From Candidatus Micrarchaeota archaeon (lineage in GTDB: Archaea; Micrarchaeota; Micrarchaeia; Anstonellales; J096): a stretch of DNA of 41,647 bases. The stretch is taken from assembly GCA_030550115.1 (NCBI GenBank), contig JAUQPY010000015.1, positions 1-41,647 on the forward strand, written 5' to 3'. Made by a program: the position numbers and the translations under genes. Positions within the stretch are counted from its first letter, which is position 1; every line of letters starts with the position of its first letter. The notes below the pieces were generated by a model. That model did no database searches. It was not told the origin of the DNA and saw only the letters and a program-made list of their open reading frames with translations. Positions 25,710 through 35,576 of the stretch are shown here, in pieces.

Positions 25710-25783
25710 GCCTTGGTAGCTCAGATTGGTAGAGCGCACGCTTGGTAAGCGTGAGGTCGCGGGTTCAAATCCCGCCCAAGGCT
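25710..25783 (+). tRNA. tRNA-Thr (anticodon GGU)
   Basis: Hand-folded cloverleaf: acceptor GCCTTGG/CCAAGGC, D arm GCTC-AGATTGGTA-GAGC, anticodon stem CACGC/GCGTG with loop TTGGTAA. The T arm is GCGGG-TTCAAAT-CCCGC. No CCA is encoded. Confidence 0.9.
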
Positions 25784-25790
25784 CTACAAA

Positions 25791-25798
25791 TTTTAAAA
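25791..25798 (+). promoter_or_regulatory. TATA-box-like element
   Basis: ttttaaaa lies 30 nt upstream of the ATG at 25821. Confidence 0.45.
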
Positions 25799-25820
25799 AC
25801 ATATACTTGCTGAGAGTATT

Positions 25821-26981
25821 ATGGATACTTTTGTAAATGAGTTTTTAGGAGCGACAAGAGACAGATTCTGGAGAACTAAGTTTATGGAAATATACGATAG
25901 ATTAGATGAAACTTCAAAACAGAAGCTTCATAAGGTTATGAAATACTTGGTTGATAATAAAATAAAATTCGATCATATGGAACCTAATAAATTGTTAGAA
26001 TTTGCTGTTGTTGATAGTGATGGTCTGATAAAGTATCTGAGATTCTCACAATTCTATTCCAAGTTTGATCCTATTCTAGAGCGAAGCTTTTTCAGAGATG
26101 TAGTATTAAGAGAGATGATAATAAGTACTTTAGAGATTTGGGAGGCATATCTTAAGGATACTACAACTAGAGATAGTTTGGATTTGAGTTATGATTTCTC
26201 AAAGATTGTTGATAGCATCGTCTCAGGCTATGGTAAGGATCATGATCTAACTTCTGCCATGAATCTCTTTTGGTATGTTAATAGAAAAATACGAGATATA
26301 CCTCCAAACATAAATTTGAGAATATTAACATATATATTATCATACAAACCAAAGATAGAGAGTGTTATTGAAAATATATATACCACTCCGGTGGAGCTGA
26401 GACCATATATGATTAGAAAACTAATATTATGGACAGACACACCTAAGGAATACGAGACAAAAATGCAGAGACTGCAAAATTTGTTTGATCTGAACAGATA
26501 TAATAACATCAAAAGAATATATGATGTAGTGTTGAAAGGAGAGATTGATAAGCGAGTTTTAGCAAGTATAGAAGGAAAAGATACATATGTTTACGAGCTA
26601 AAAATATTGTTAAGCAAGTATACTAATGACCCTGTTGAAGCTATGCTAAATGTCCTTGATAAAACCAAGAAAGATGTAGATTTGAAAATTTTCAAAATCA
26701 AGCTGTATTATAAATTGGATTTGCGGGAATTGGAGTATAAGCTTCGAACTCTCAGTAGATCTGGGAGATATAAATTAGATCCAGAGGTACTTCTAGATGA
26801 GACTTTACTGTTTGATAAAATTCACAGTTTCAGTAGAATATTCAAGATGCTGTTCAAAAAGAGTAGAAAAGACATAGAAGATGTGATTAATAGAAAAATC
26901 ACATATGGGGAACTGATATCAAGATCTGGTGGAAATCTAAATAATAATATGAATAAATTTCAACTATTATATAGATTTTAA
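25821..26981 (+). CDS. hypothetical all-helical protein (orphan)
   Basis: 386-aa ORF with canonical promoter spacing. I recognise no motif. Confidence 0.5.
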   Translation: MDTFVNEFLGATRDRFWRTKFMEIYDRLDETSKQKLHKVMKYLVDNKIKFDHMEPNKLLEFAVVDSDGLIKYLRFSQFYSKFDPILERSFFRDVVLREMIISTLEIWEAYLKDTTTRDSLDLSYDFSKIVDSIVSGYGKDHDLTSAMNLFWYVNRKIRDIPPNINLRILTYILSYKPKIESVIENIYTTPVELRPYMIRKLILWTDTPKEYETKMQRLQNLFDLNRYNNIKRIYDVVLKGEIDKRVLASIEGKDTYVYELKILLSKYTNDPVEAMLNVLDKTKKDVDLKIFKIKLYYKLDLRELEYKLRTLSRSGRYKLDPEVLLDETLLFDKIHSFSRIFKMLFKKSRKDIEDVINRKITYGELISRSGGNLNNNMNKFQLLYRF

Positions 26982-26983
26982 AA
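26976..26983 (+). promoter_or_regulatory. TATA-box-like element overlapping the upstream stop codon
   Basis: ttttaaaa lies 31 nt upstream of the ATG at 27007. Confidence 0.4.
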
Positions 26984-27006
26984 ACTAATTGAATAATATT
27001 TAAAAA

Positions 27007-27714
27007 ATGATAGTATTCTGGGATTTAGATGGAACGATTAGGAAGAATGCCGAGCTTAGCTATGAAGCAGCTAGAGTAACTCTAAACAAATACTTTCCAG
27101 ATCTGAGGCTCAAATCTAATGATGCTGAAGAGATATATACCTATTGGAATCTAGCGACATTTTTAGCTATTAGAAATAATAGGAATGTATTTCAGGAATT
27201 TCTAAGGATGATAACTGATAAGAGTGATTACGACATGAATCTCTTAAGATTAGCTGCTGACTATGCAAAGAGTTATGTACATCAGAGGATAGAAAATCTC
27301 CCTCCGTATGAATTTACCGAACATGCCCTACAATTAACATCTGATTTTAGAAATGGTATAATAAGTCATGCCAAAGCTGGCTCTACCAAAATCTGGTTGA
27401 GAAATTATGGGTTGGATCGCTATTTTGATAGTAATCTGATATTTGATGGTGTGCATGAGAAGGCTGATTATATGAGAGGTAATTTCATATATATAGGGGA
27501 TTCAATTGCAGATTTATATTCATTCCTCCTATCGCTATCTAGAGGAAATAACGGGTTACTCTATATGATCAGGGGTTACCGATATGGAAAATACAGAGAT
27601 GAGCTCATAGAAGAATTCGATAGAACAGGTAACATAAGTTCAAGAATAGTTGATGTAGAGAATGCATTAGAGGCGGCCAAAATGATTTCTAATTATGAAA
27701 GTCTGAGGCTATAA
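27007..27714 (+). CDS. HAD-superfamily hydrolase/phosphatase
   Basis: Motif I (VFWDLDGTI) at the N-terminus and motif IV-like (YIGDSIADL). Confidence 0.7.
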   Translation: MIVFWDLDGTIRKNAELSYEAARVTLNKYFPDLRLKSNDAEEIYTYWNLATFLAIRNNRNVFQEFLRMITDKSDYDMNLLRLAADYAKSYVHQRIENLPPYEFTEHALQLTSDFRNGIISHAKAGSTKIWLRNYGLDRYFDSNLIFDGVHEKADYMRGNFIYIGDSIADLYSFLLSLSRGNNGLLYMIRGYRYGKYRDELIEEFDRTGNISSRIVDVENALEAAKMISNYESLRL

Positions 27715-27759
27715 ACTATTTAAAAACTATTATATTTTAAACAAAACAGGTGTATATGT

Positions 27760-29955
27760 ATGGCTAGGAAAGAGTATGTTGTTGAAGAAGTAGTAAAGAT
27801 TATGAGCAATATAGAGAATGTTAGGAATATCGCTATTATAGCTCATGTGGATCATGGAAAGTCAACATTGACAGATAGTCTGGTGGCTAGAGCAGGACTG
27901 ATAAGTAAGGAATTAGCTGGAGAGCAAAGAATATTAGATTTTGAAGAGTTAGAACAGAAGAGAGGAATCACCATAAAAGCTGCTAACATAAGTCTTGGAT
28001 TCAATTTCAGAGGCAAAGATTATGTGATAAATCTTATCGATACTCCTGGTCATGTAGATTTTGGAGGCCATGTTACAAGAGCACTTAGAGCAGTAGATGG
28101 GGTTATTTTGGTCGTAGACTCTGTAGAGGGGGTTATGCCACAGACTGAGACAGTATTGAGACAGGCTCTAAAAGAACGGGCAAAACCAGTAGTATTCATA
28201 AATAAGGTGGATAGGCTAATAAATGAATTAAAACTAGATTCTAAACAGATGATGGAAAGAATTGGGAAGATAATAAACAATATAAATAAGATCATAGATA
28301 GTGCCGCTCCACCAGAGTTTAAGAGCAGTTGGAAAGTTAGTGTAGAGGCTGGAACAGTAGCAATAGGATCTGCATTCAACAAATGGGCCTTGAGTCTACC
28401 TTACTTAAAGGAGAAGGGGATATCTTTCCAGAAGCTCTATGAACTGGTACAACAGGAGAAGAAAAAAGAGGCAATTGAATTAGCTCCACTCGATGAGGTA
28501 ATTTTAGGAATGGTAATACAACATCTACCTAATCCTAGAAAAGCTCAGGAGTATAGAATAAAACACTTATGGCACGGAGATTATGAATCACCTGTAGGCA
28601 AGAGTATGTTGAACTGTGATCCTAATGGTCCATTAGTAGGTGTTGTTATTGGTGTAGTTCATGATAAGAACGCTGGGGAGATTTCTGTACTCAGGCTATT
28701 TTCTGGAAAAGTTCAGAAAGGTCAGGATGTTTATGTAATATCCAGAAATGAGCTAACGAAAATACAACAGGTAGCAATATACATGGGTCCTGATAGAGTG
28801 AATGTCGATAGTGTAATAGCAGGTAATATAGCTGCAGTAATCGGGGTTAAGGATGTGTTTATAGGTGAAACAGTATCTTCCCAGGTTATAGAACCTTTTG
28901 AACAGATCAAGCACTATTCAGAGCCTGTAGTTACTAAATCGGTAGAGCCAAGGAATAGCAAGGATCTGGCAAAGTTAATAGATGTGCTAAAACAACTATC
29001 CAGAGAAGACCCTACTCTTAAAGTAGAAATAAATCATGAAACTGGAGAGTACTTAATATCTGGAATGGGAGAGTTACATCTAGAGATAGTAGAACACAAA
29101 ATAAAGAATGAACAGGGTGTAGATATAGTTGTATCTCCTCCGATAGTTGTTTACAGAGAGACTATAAAGAATGATCTTAAGGAACCTATTGAAAGCAAGA
29201 GTCCTAATAAACACAACAGATTCTATATAGTGGTGGAGAAACTACCTGATGAGGTGAGAAAGTGGATAGTCGAACAGGGTTTCATGGGTGGAAAAATCAA
29301 GAATGTGGACTATGTTGTTAAGAAACTGATTGAATTGGGGATGGATAGAGATGAGGCAAAGAACTTCTGGAGTATATATGATGGGAATATTCTAATAAAT
29401 GCTACTAAAGGAATACAGTATTTGAATGAGACGCAGGAATTGATTATACAAGGATTTATAGAGGCTATGCAGAAAGGACCTCTTGCTCAGGAGAAAGTGG
29501 TTGGAGTAAAAGTCAAGCTCGTAGATGCCATGCTTCACGAAGATCATGTTCACAGAGGACCTGCTCAAGTTATACCTGCTGTAAAGAGGGGAATATATGC
29601 AGCTATGATCAAAGCAGGTACTACATTATTAGAGCCTAAACAGAAAGTGCTATTCCAGATTCCTCATGAATACGCTGGAGCGATATTAAATATAGTGAAT
29701 GGAAAGAGAGGGCAACTGTTAGATATGCAACAGGATGAGGAGAGTACTACTATCATAGCGATATTCCCTGTTGCAGAGATGTTCGGATTTAGTAATGAAG
29801 TTCGAGGTGCATCACAGGGAAGAGCACTCTGGTATCCTGAATATTGGGGTTTTGAGGAGATACCTAGAGATCTTCTAGATAGAACCGTGAGACAAATTAG
29901 AGAGAGAAAAGGATTACCTCCAGAACCACCTACAGTAGAAGTATTTTTAGAGTAA
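27760..29955 (+). CDS. fusA: translation elongation factor 2 (aEF-2)
   Basis: G1 (AHVDHGKSTL), G3 (DTPGHVDF), G4 (NKVDR) and the diphthamide-region motif HEDHVHRGPAQ. AGGTG Shine-Dalgarno at 27748..27752 lies 7 nt upstream of the ATG. Confidence 0.95.
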   Translation: MARKEYVVEEVVKIMSNIENVRNIAIIAHVDHGKSTLTDSLVARAGLISKELAGEQRILDFEELEQKRGITIKAANISLGFNFRGKDYVINLIDTPGHVDFGGHVTRALRAVDGVILVVDSVEGVMPQTETVLRQALKERAKPVVFINKVDRLINELKLDSKQMMERIGKIINNINKIIDSAAPPEFKSSWKVSVEAGTVAIGSAFNKWALSLPYLKEKGISFQKLYELVQQEKKKEAIELAPLDEVILGMVIQHLPNPRKAQEYRIKHLWHGDYESPVGKSMLNCDPNGPLVGVVIGVVHDKNAGEISVLRLFSGKVQKGQDVYVISRNELTKIQQVAIYMGPDRVNVDSVIAGNIAAVIGVKDVFIGETVSSQVIEPFEQIKHYSEPVVTKSVEPRNSKDLAKLIDVLKQLSREDPTLKVEINHETGEYLISGMGELHLEIVEHKIKNEQGVDIVVSPPIVVYRETIKNDLKEPIESKSPNKHNRFYIVVEKLPDEVRKWIVEQGFMGGKIKNVDYVVKKLIELGMDRDEAKNFWSIYDGNILINATKGIQYLNETQELIIQGFIEAMQKGPLAQEKVVGVKVKLVDAMLHEDHVHRGPAQVIPAVKRGIYAAMIKAGTTLLEPKQKVLFQIPHEYAGAILNIVNGKRGQLLDMQQDEESTTIIAIFPVAEMFGFSNEVRGASQGRALWYPEYWGFEEIPRDLLDRTVRQIRERKGLPPEPPTVEVFLE

Positions 29956-29957
29956 TC

Positions 29958-31091
29958 ATGGATCCAAAAGAATATGAGTTCCAGAAGATTATAAAGCGAA
30001 TTAAGCAACTCAAGGGTACTGGAACTCAGTTGGTTAGTGTCTATATACCTGCAGAGTATCCAATATCGGAAATAGCCAATAGATTAAGATCTGAAATCAG
30101 TCAAGCAGAGAATATAAAATCCAAACAGACCAGAACCAAAGTTATAGGAGCGCTTGAGAGAATTCTAAACGCTCTTAAGGGATTCAAACAGACTCCTCCG
30201 AATGGATTGGTGATCTTTGCAGGCGACGTGTCTGAAGATCCATCTAGAGAAAATATAATAACGATAACTCTAGAACCGATTAAGAAATTGAATCAGAGCG
30301 TGTATAGATGTGATTCCACATTCTATACCGAACCTCTAGAGAGCATGTTACAGCAGAGAGATAAATACGGGGTAGTTGTATTAGATGGTAGAGAAGCTAC
30401 ACTAGCTCTGTTAGATGGATCAAACTTCTATATACTTGATGAGATAGAAAGTCATGCACACGCAAAAGTGAGAAAAGGAGGACAGTCTGCTAGAAGATAT
30501 GAGAGATTAATTGAAGAGCAAACTGAATACTACTACAAGAAAGTGGCAGAAGCTATGGATACACACTATCTAAATAAGGTTAAAGGGATAATCATAGGTG
30601 GACCTGGACCAACAAAAGAGTATTTTGTAGATGCCAAATACTACAACTATCAGCACAAGATTCTCGGGATTGTTGATACAGGTTATACTGGAATTGAAGG
30701 TGTGAGAGAAGCTATTGAAAAAGGAAAGGATCTGATCCAAGAGCAGGAAATGATAGTAGAAATAAGAGAAATAAATAGATTTATAAAAGAAGTTGTGAAT
30801 GGTGGTAAAGCTGTGTATGGTTTAGATGAGACTATTCAAATGATAAATAATAGAAGAGCTGAGCTAGTATTGGTATCATCCAAGTTAGATATAAAAGTTT
30901 ATAAGGATGAGTTTGGACAGATAAGTTTCAATCCAATTGATAATCCAAAGGAAGTTTTGGATATACAGGATTATATATATGAATTATGTGTAGAAAACGG
31001 AGTAAATGTGCTAATCATATCTAGTAACTCACATGAAGCAGATATATTCCTAAATACATTTGGGGGTATAGGTGCTATATTAAGATATTAA
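29958..31091 (+). CDS. prf1: peptide chain release factor aRF1
   Basis: NIKS motif (ENIKSKQTR) and GGQ motif (KGGQSARRYERL). It starts 2 nt after the EF-2 stop. Confidence 0.9.
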   Translation: MDPKEYEFQKIIKRIKQLKGTGTQLVSVYIPAEYPISEIANRLRSEISQAENIKSKQTRTKVIGALERILNALKGFKQTPPNGLVIFAGDVSEDPSRENIITITLEPIKKLNQSVYRCDSTFYTEPLESMLQQRDKYGVVVLDGREATLALLDGSNFYILDEIESHAHAKVRKGGQSARRYERLIEEQTEYYYKKVAEAMDTHYLNKVKGIIIGGPGPTKEYFVDAKYYNYQHKILGIVDTGYTGIEGVREAIEKGKDLIQEQEMIVEIREINRFIKEVVNGGKAVYGLDETIQMINNRRAELVLVSSKLDIKVYKDEFGQISFNPIDNPKEVLDIQDYIYELCVENGVNVLIISSNSHEADIFLNTFGGIGAILRY

Positions 31092-31100
31092 TAGGAAAAA

Positions 31101-32387
31101 CTATTCCCCACCTCCTCCATCACTATCTGCATCTCCGCTATCTCCCACATCAGATACTTCTCCATCCCCAATTTCATGATGTTCAGATGAAATCATATTT
31201 GTTTGAATATTATTTATCATTTCTATCAATTTCTTACGATCAATTTTACCATAATTTTTCTCATGAGGTATCTGGAGCTTGGTTAAATCTTCTAAAATAC
31301 GTTTTAGAGTTTCCTTCAAAGTACTCAGGTCAGTAACTAATAAATACACATTTGGAATAACATATGGTGCATACTGGATATTAGGTATAAATACATAATA
31401 TGGATTAATTTCCAATATTCCCTTATTCCTCATATCAGATACTATCAATCCTATAGCTGGTAGTCTCCTGAATTGCTTAAACATATCCATATATTCTTCT
31501 AGAGCTTCCCTCCAACCTCTAATATATACAATAGAATCAAGTTTATCGTCATCATTCGATTCCTTACGTAATCCTGGATATGATCTTATAGTTATCCTAT
31601 CTTCAGAATCAGAATAACTCATATTCTGTATTTTAATGAGATGGTCAAGATATTCCAGAAATGCACCATTTATATGATTATGAATGCCTCCGACCCTATC
31701 CTTATCCAATACTCTTGTCCTGTATTCCTCTTTAAATTTTGATAATTCACCAGCAGAACTTGCCTCTACCAGTTCGTGAATAGTATCTACATCAAAAATG
31801 CCTAGTGTATGTCTTTTAGGTCGCTCCTTTCTAATTTGCTTCCTTCTCTTACCAGTAACTACCCTATTAACTCTATATAGCTCAAAATCCTCCGAGCCAT
31901 ACTCTTGCATAGAGAGAATATGGTAATGAGTATTCCCTGTAAGATCGGGCTCTCGGTGTTCTAATCTAAATCCAAGTATAATAAAGGCTCTACTTAGCTC
32001 ATGCATGAGACCCATCCTACCAGATATAAATCTATCATTAGTAGCAAAATCAATGCATTCTAACAGTCCTGGTACATTTTCTAATCTAATTCCCGACATA
32101 GGATCAGGTAATTCTGCGGATAATAAATAGAATCTAGGGTAGACATGTCTAGGTCCGGAGATCGTTCTAAGCTGACCTATTGGTTTAAGAGAAACTGCAT
32201 AATCTAGTCGGGTGCTCAAACCATATCTCATCTGTATCTGAAGTTTGTACCTTCTCTTACCCACTCTAAGAGCATCTCCACCCAGATCTATAGAGGTGGA
32301 TCTAGTAACGATACTTCTGCTATTATTATATAACACTACATTATCATCCGCATATATATCTGGAAATCTTTTTTGAATCTGAACCAT
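31101..32387 (-). CDS. hypothetical protein with acidic Gly/Asp/Ser-rich C-terminal tail (orphan)
   Basis: 428-aa ORF lying 21 nt downstream of rpoD on the same strand. It has an internal basic patch (GKRRKQIRKERPKRH) and the tail GDGEVSDVGDSGDADSDGGGGE. I recognise no catalytic or family motif. Confidence 0.55.
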   Translation of the reverse strand: MVQIQKRFPDIYADDNVVLYNNSRSIVTRSTSIDLGGDALRVGKRRYKLQIQMRYGLSTRLDYAVSLKPIGQLRTISGPRHVYPRFYLLSAELPDPMSGIRLENVPGLLECIDFATNDRFISGRMGLMHELSRAFIILGFRLEHREPDLTGNTHYHILSMQEYGSEDFELYRVNRVVTGKRRKQIRKERPKRHTLGIFDVDTIHELVEASSAGELSKFKEEYRTRVLDKDRVGGIHNHINGAFLEYLDHLIKIQNMSYSDSEDRITIRSYPGLRKESNDDDKLDSIVYIRGWREALEEYMDMFKQFRRLPAIGLIVSDMRNKGILEINPYYVFIPNIQYAPYVIPNVYLLVTDLSTLKETLKRILEDLTKLQIPHEKNYGKIDRKKLIEMINNIQTNMISSEHHEIGDGEVSDVGDSGDADSDGGGGE

Positions 32388-32408
32388 TAATTTATATTTA
32401 ATAAAAAT

Positions 32409-33005
32409 CTATAAAAATGTTTTGAATGTATCTATATCCTTTTTCATGTATTCTAATGCTCTTTCTAACAATTCTCTGGCTGAGTAGTGGTATAATGTTT
32501 CCACAAACATCTTGTACGTATTTGAATCTATCTGTTCATAAGAAGCTATTGCAGTCTGGAATTTAGCATGTTTAAATCCTATTCCAGGCCTAATGATCAG
32601 CTCCACATCGATCTCCTGTCCTGGTAATAGATCAATTATTTCATAACCTCTCCTAATCTTTGTACCATTAGGATAGTACTCTACAATACTTACTTCTGAA
32701 CTTTCAAATAGAATATCCTTGTGGGTTAATTCTAATATTGATTTGGTAGCTGAATGGTTTAAATACCCTCTATATTCTGGAGAAGGATTTCTTGAGACTA
32801 TTCTTATAGGCAACATTCCTAATCTATGTGCTATGTATTCTATAGGATACGCAGTAGTATTCTTTCTAACTAGTATCGAATCGATAGCATATACTGGCAC
32901 CCTCCCCATCAAATACTTTCTGAGTAGGTTAGCCTCTTTGAAATCCCCCTCTAATATAAACTCAGCATAGAATTCATCTCTATAATGTATATCCCTGATT
33001 TTCAT
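32409..33005 (-). CDS. rpoD: DNA-directed RNA polymerase subunit D (Rpo3), short cysteine-free form
   Basis: [27 protein letters not shown]...[12 protein letters not shown] matches the subunit D dimerisation domain. It sits in the conserved position after rps11. At 198 aa it contains no cysteine, so there is no Fe-S domain. Confidence 0.85.
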   Translation of the reverse strand: MKIRDIHYRDEFYAEFILEGDFKEANLLRKYLMGRVPVYAIDSILVRKNTTAYPIEYIAHRLGMLPIRIVSRNPSPEYRGYLNHSATKSILELTHKDILFESSEVSIVEYYPNGTKIRRGYEIIDLLPGQEIDVELIIRPGIGFKHAKFQTAIASYEQIDSNTYKMFVETLYHYSARELLERALEYMKKDIDTFKTFL

Positions 33006-33388
33006 ACTCTTCTTCCTCTCCTTCCCCCTTTTCTTCGTATACTATCAGTAGGAATTGGTGTTACATCTTCTATTCTAAGTATTCTAAGACCTGATCTGGA
33101 GAATACTCTAACTGCTGCATTTGCACCAGGACCTGGAATCTTTGATCTATTACCTCCAGGGGCTCTTATTTTTATAATAATCTCCTCCACTCCAAGATTC
33201 TTCAGATCATTCACAACTTTAGATGCTGCTTGCATAGCTGCATATGGTTTTCCCTCTTCTCTATCAGCATCTACGATTCTTCCTCCACTACTCCAACTCA
33301 ATGTCTCCGCTCCACTAATATCCGTAGCTGTAATAATAGTATCGTTCTTTGATGAATATATACGAATAACTGCTACCTTTTTAACCAT
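33002..33388 (-). CDS. rps11: 30S ribosomal protein uS11
   Basis: [27 protein letters not shown]...[10 protein letters not shown], and conserved uS13-uS4-uS11-rpoD order. Confidence 0.9.
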   Translation of the reverse strand: MVKKVAVIRIYSSKNDTIITATDISGAETLSWSSGGRIVDADREEGKPYAAMQAASKVVNDLKNLGVEEIIIKIRAPGGNRSKIPGPGANAAVRVFSRSGLRILRIEDVTPIPTDSIRRKGGRRGRRV

Positions 33389-33893
33389 TATTCTTCACCT
33401 CCTGTTTAGACTCTTGAGTGCCAGGATTGTAAGGTTTATACCAATTTATCATCTTCTCCTTTTCCCTATCAATAAGTGCAGAAGGAGAAGTTACTCTATT
33501 ATTTCCTACAGCTATATATCCATGAACAATCAATTGTCTAGCATGTTTGATAGACTTTGCAAATCCCTTCCTATAAACTATAGTTTGCAACCTTCGTTCT
33601 AGAACAGACTCTACTTTCAAAGACAGAATATCATCGATTTTACTATTTTCAGCTAATATATTATACTTCACCAATTTGTCGATTAATATCTTTTCCTTTG
33701 CAGCTCTAATTTCAGGAGGAAGTGCTAATAGTTTTCTAGCCTGTGCTCTTGCATTTCTTAAGAATGCTCTAGCTATCCAGAGCTCTCTCATATTTTTCAA
33801 TCCATACTTGTTTTTCAATCTACTCTCTTCTCTAATCCTATACAAATCAAACAGCCTCTTTGGTTTCTGATATTTCTTATGTAATTTTCTCAT
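33381..33893 (-). CDS. rps4: 30S ribosomal protein uS4
   Basis: [10 protein letters not shown]...[41 protein letters not shown] (S4 domain). Confidence 0.9.
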   Translation of the reverse strand: MRKLHKKYQKPKRLFDLYRIREESRLKNKYGLKNMRELWIARAFLRNARAQARKLLALPPEIRAAKEKILIDKLVKYNILAENSKIDDILSLKVESVLERRLQTIVYRKGFAKSIKHARQLIVHGYIAVGNNRVTSPSALIDREKEKMINWYKPYNPGTQESKQEVKNNG

Positions 33894-33906
33894 CCATTAA
33901 CCACCC

Positions 33907-34455
33907 CTATTTAGTATTCTGCTGTTGAGCTTGTTGCTGTTGCTTGTTTCGCATCACTCCCACACTCATTCCCTTTCTACCAGTATTCTTAGTTCTCTGT
34001 CCTCTAACCTTCTTACCTCTAAGATGTCGATATCCTTGCCAGTTATACATCTTCTTCTTCCTCTCAATAGACATTCTGGTTGCAAATGCGAGATCATTCA
34101 TGATAAGATGGTATGATTTACCATCCCATACATCCGATCTTCGATTCATCAGGTAAGTGGGCATCACAGTACTATCAAGATTACTGAGCAAATTATCAAT
34201 CTTCTGGATCTGATCATCATCCAGATTACCTACGAGAGTATCTTTGGTTATCCCTAACTTATCAGAAATTAATTTGACAATAAATTTACCTGTTGCAAAC
34301 GAAATTCCCCTAATTTTCCAGAGTGCTCTGTATAACTTGGTATTACCTAGAACATCCACACCAGCAATTCTAACAATACCCCTTTTCACATCTTGAGTTT
34401 TCTCTGCAGCTTTCTTAGGAGTCTCCTGCTTCTCTCTTTTTTCTTTCTTAGCCAT
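33907..34455 (-). CDS. rps13: 30S ribosomal protein uS13 (with Gln-rich C-terminal tail)
   Basis: RIAGVDVLGNTKLYRALWKIRGI...RGQRTKNTGRKG. GGTGAT Shine-Dalgarno at 34461..34466 lies 5 nt upstream of the ATG. Unusual QQQQAQQQ tail. Confidence 0.9.
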   Translation of the reverse strand: MAKKEKREKQETPKKAAEKTQDVKRGIVRIAGVDVLGNTKLYRALWKIRGISFATGKFIVKLISDKLGITKDTLVGNLDDDQIQKIDNLLSNLDSTVMPTYLMNRRSDVWDGKSYHLIMNDLAFATRMSIERKKKMYNWQGYRHLRGKKVRGQRTKNTGRKGMSVGVMRNKQQQQAQQQNTK

Positions 34456-34500
34456 CCAGTATCACCATCAGTTATGATAATGAAGTTAGATTTAAATACA

Positions 34501-35571
34501 TTATATATTCAATCCTCCAAACAGAGAATTGATAAGATTGATGAAGATATATAGGAGCAAATATCCAATTCCTAGTGTAATCACAAGATTCTTATAGAAT
34601 TCACTCTTGCGACTTTCAGAATTAGATATTATCTTTGATGTGAATAGAGATGTGACAAAAATCGATAATACTGCAAAATATAGAAATGCATCCTTGCTTA
34701 TCGATGGAACTGAGAGTTGTATGTTCAATGGTAGTAATCCAGGACTAATATTCATATCACCTATCTGTGCAAAGGTTTTGTATAAAACCTCTATCAACTT
34801 TAGTGATATTGCATATAGGAGCGGCATTCCAAAAACAGATGCTATGAATATGAAAGATCGGTAGGTTGTCAGACTTGTTGAGATCTCATCCTTATAATTC
34901 TGAATCTCTCTTATGTCTAGAGCTAATTTCTCTATTATATCCGCTAATCTTGCTCCTGTTTTGATACCTTCTACTATAATAATAAAACTCCTCCTAACAA
35001 TCACAGAGTCAAAATCCTCACTCAGTTTCAGTATCGCCTGATCTATGGGAACACCTGAATAGTATTCTTTGACTCTTGCACGAACTAGTTTGGAGAAATA
35101 TCCATACTCCTCTTTTGCTGCATCTAGCATGGCCTGATCAATTATATTTCCGCTTCTGATACTAGCTGCCAGATTCATTAGAAATTCGGGTAATACCCTT
35201 TCAGATTCCCGACGTACCATATCCCCTTTCAAATCTACATAACCAGATATTATTAGATAGAATAATATATATAAGAGTACTCCGTATATAAGAGTTCCTG
35301 AGAAAATAATTATAGTATCTCTAGTTATAACAAATCTATCTTCATTAAACTGAATAGTTATATCTTTAATCCCAAGTTTTCTGAAAACTTCCCCCACATC
35401 ATTACTAGCCAATATAAACCCTATTATAAGTGATAGAAATGCTAGTAATACTAAAGATCCTGCAATAAATTCTCCGGACAGAGATATGTTAGCGTATTTT
35501 AATTTCCTATCCCATTCATATACATATGGCCTGGGCAAGATCTTACTAAACAGTTCCATTACCATATTCAT
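34501..35571 (-). CDS. type II secretion system F-domain membrane protein (TadC/FlaJ-like, second half)
   Basis: T2SS-F cytoplasmic helical domain (LPEFLMNLAASIRSGNIIDQAMLDAAKEE...IVEGIKTGARLADIIEKLA) flanked by TM segments. Confidence 0.7.
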   Translation of the reverse strand: MNMVMELFSKILPRPYVYEWDRKLKYANISLSGEFIAGSLVLLAFLSLIIGFILASNDVGEVFRKLGIKDITIQFNEDRFVITRDTIIIFSGTLIYGVLLYILFYLIISGYVDLKGDMVRRESERVLPEFLMNLAASIRSGNIIDQAMLDAAKEEYGYFSKLVRARVKEYYSGVPIDQAILKLSEDFDSVIVRRSFIIIVEGIKTGARLADIIEKLALDIREIQNYKDEISTSLTTYRSFIFIASVFGMPLLYAISLKLIEVLYKTFAQIGDMNISPGLLPLNIQLSVPSISKDAFLYFAVLSIFVTSLFTSKIISNSESRKSEFYKNLVITLGIGYLLLYIFINLINSLFGGLNI

Positions 35572-35576
35572 CTCAC

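Noticed and set aside
25640-25820. tRNA-Thr as an integration site of a mobile element.
   Set aside because: No integrase or recombinase ORF is present, I saw no direct repeat of the tRNA 3' half elsewhere in the window, and the flanks show no obvious compositional change.
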